Position numbers and translations under genes: made by a program
Assembly (NCBI GenBank): GCA_017608955.1
Contig: JAFCEW010000001.1
Span: 1 to 27,818 of the forward strand
Length of the DNA stretch: 27,818 nt
Direction: 5' to 3'
Source: Candidatus Aenigmatarchaeota archaeon
GTDB lineage: Archaea; Aenigmatarchaeota; Aenigmatarchaeia; CG10238-14
The notes under the pieces: model-generated
Seen by the model: the letters and a program-made list of their open reading frames with translations, nothing else
Told to the model about the DNA's origin: nothing
Databases searched by the model: none
In this document: piece by piece, positions 27,385-27,818 of the stretch
Layout: each line of letters starts with the position of its first letter
Numbering within the stretch: position 1 is the stretch's first letter

Positions 27385-27756
27385 ATGATAAAAATGAAAA
27401 TAGCATTTGCAGCAGAGGAAGATAAAGGAATTGAAAGTAAACTAGCGTATCATTTTGGAAGATGTCCGTATTATATTTTTGTTGAGGTAGAAAACAATAA
27501 AATAAAAGAAGTAAAATCTAAGAAAAATCCATTTTTTGATAGACATGAACCAGGAGATGTACCCCAATTTATAGCTAATGAGGGTGCTAAGCTGATCATA
27601 GCAGGTGGTATGGGACCAAGAGCAATAGAATGGTTTAAAAAACTTAATATACAACCAATAACAGAAGCAAGTGGAAAAATTAAGGATATATTAAACCAAT
27701 ATTTAACAGGTAAATTGTCTAGTTCAGCATCATCGTGTAATGATCATGAAAAATAA
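27385..27756 (+). CDS. NifB/NifX (dinitrogenase Fe-Mo cofactor) domain protein
   Basis: MKIAF, HFGRCPYY, NP, IAGGMGPRA. Confidence 0.92.
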   Translation: MIKMKIAFAAEEDKGIESKLAYHFGRCPYYIFVEVENNKIKEVKSKKNPFFDRHEPGDVPQFIANEGAKLIIAGGMGPRAIEWFKKLNIQPITEASGKIKDILNQYLTGKLSSSASSCNDHEK

Positions 27757-27818
27757 AAACTTTAAAACATTATTATAGAAATTTCTTATACTAAAATATT
27801 TAAGTTTCTCTTCACTAC

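Noticed and set aside
509-27654. Antisense and alternate-frame ORFs in the track (e.g. 509-724, 3417-3779, 4436-4780, 21259-21648, 25777-26142)
   Set aside because: They lie entirely over well-supported genes and are rich in F/S/I/L as expected for shadows of AT-rich coding strands
27385-27756. Nitrogen fixation
   Set aside because: The NifB/NifX domain is widespread in non-diazotrophs and no nif genes are present
1-27818. Mobile element, provirus or defence island
   Set aside because: No integrase, transposase, terminal repeats, cas or restriction genes recognised; composition looks uniform by eye

Overview
Very AT-rich archaeal core-genome window. By inference it is a reduced DPANN-type genome, possibly Aenigmarchaeota-like (split RpoB, unlinked 5S, divergent core proteins). 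The left part (84-8279) is a tRNA-maturation and translation cluster: CCA-adding enzyme (split by a frameshift), Elp3, an Lrp/AsnC regulator, Ncs6/TtuA thiolase, a Trm9-like methyltransferase, tRNA-Gln(UUG) embedded in that operon, an HPF-like protein and ThrRS. It also holds four microproteins: three CxxC zinc-ribbon types and one helical type, three of them absent from the ORF track. The middle carries TrmB, an ATP-dependent DNA ligase with one in-frame TGA, a nitroreductase and a surface protein with one in-frame TAA. Next come tRNA-Tyr (intron with an interrupted BHB), 5S rRNA, tRNA-Asp (D-loop intron) and the conserved rpoH-B''-B'-A'-A''-L30e-nusA-S12-S7-EF2-EF1a cluster. The last 104 bp of the EF-1a gene are tandemly duplicated, S10 does not follow, and a short cation:proton antiporter and a NifB/NifX-family protein end the window. 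Protein family calls come from motif recognition by eye, not database searches. The frameshift, the two internal stops and the duplication could all be sequencing or assembly errors.
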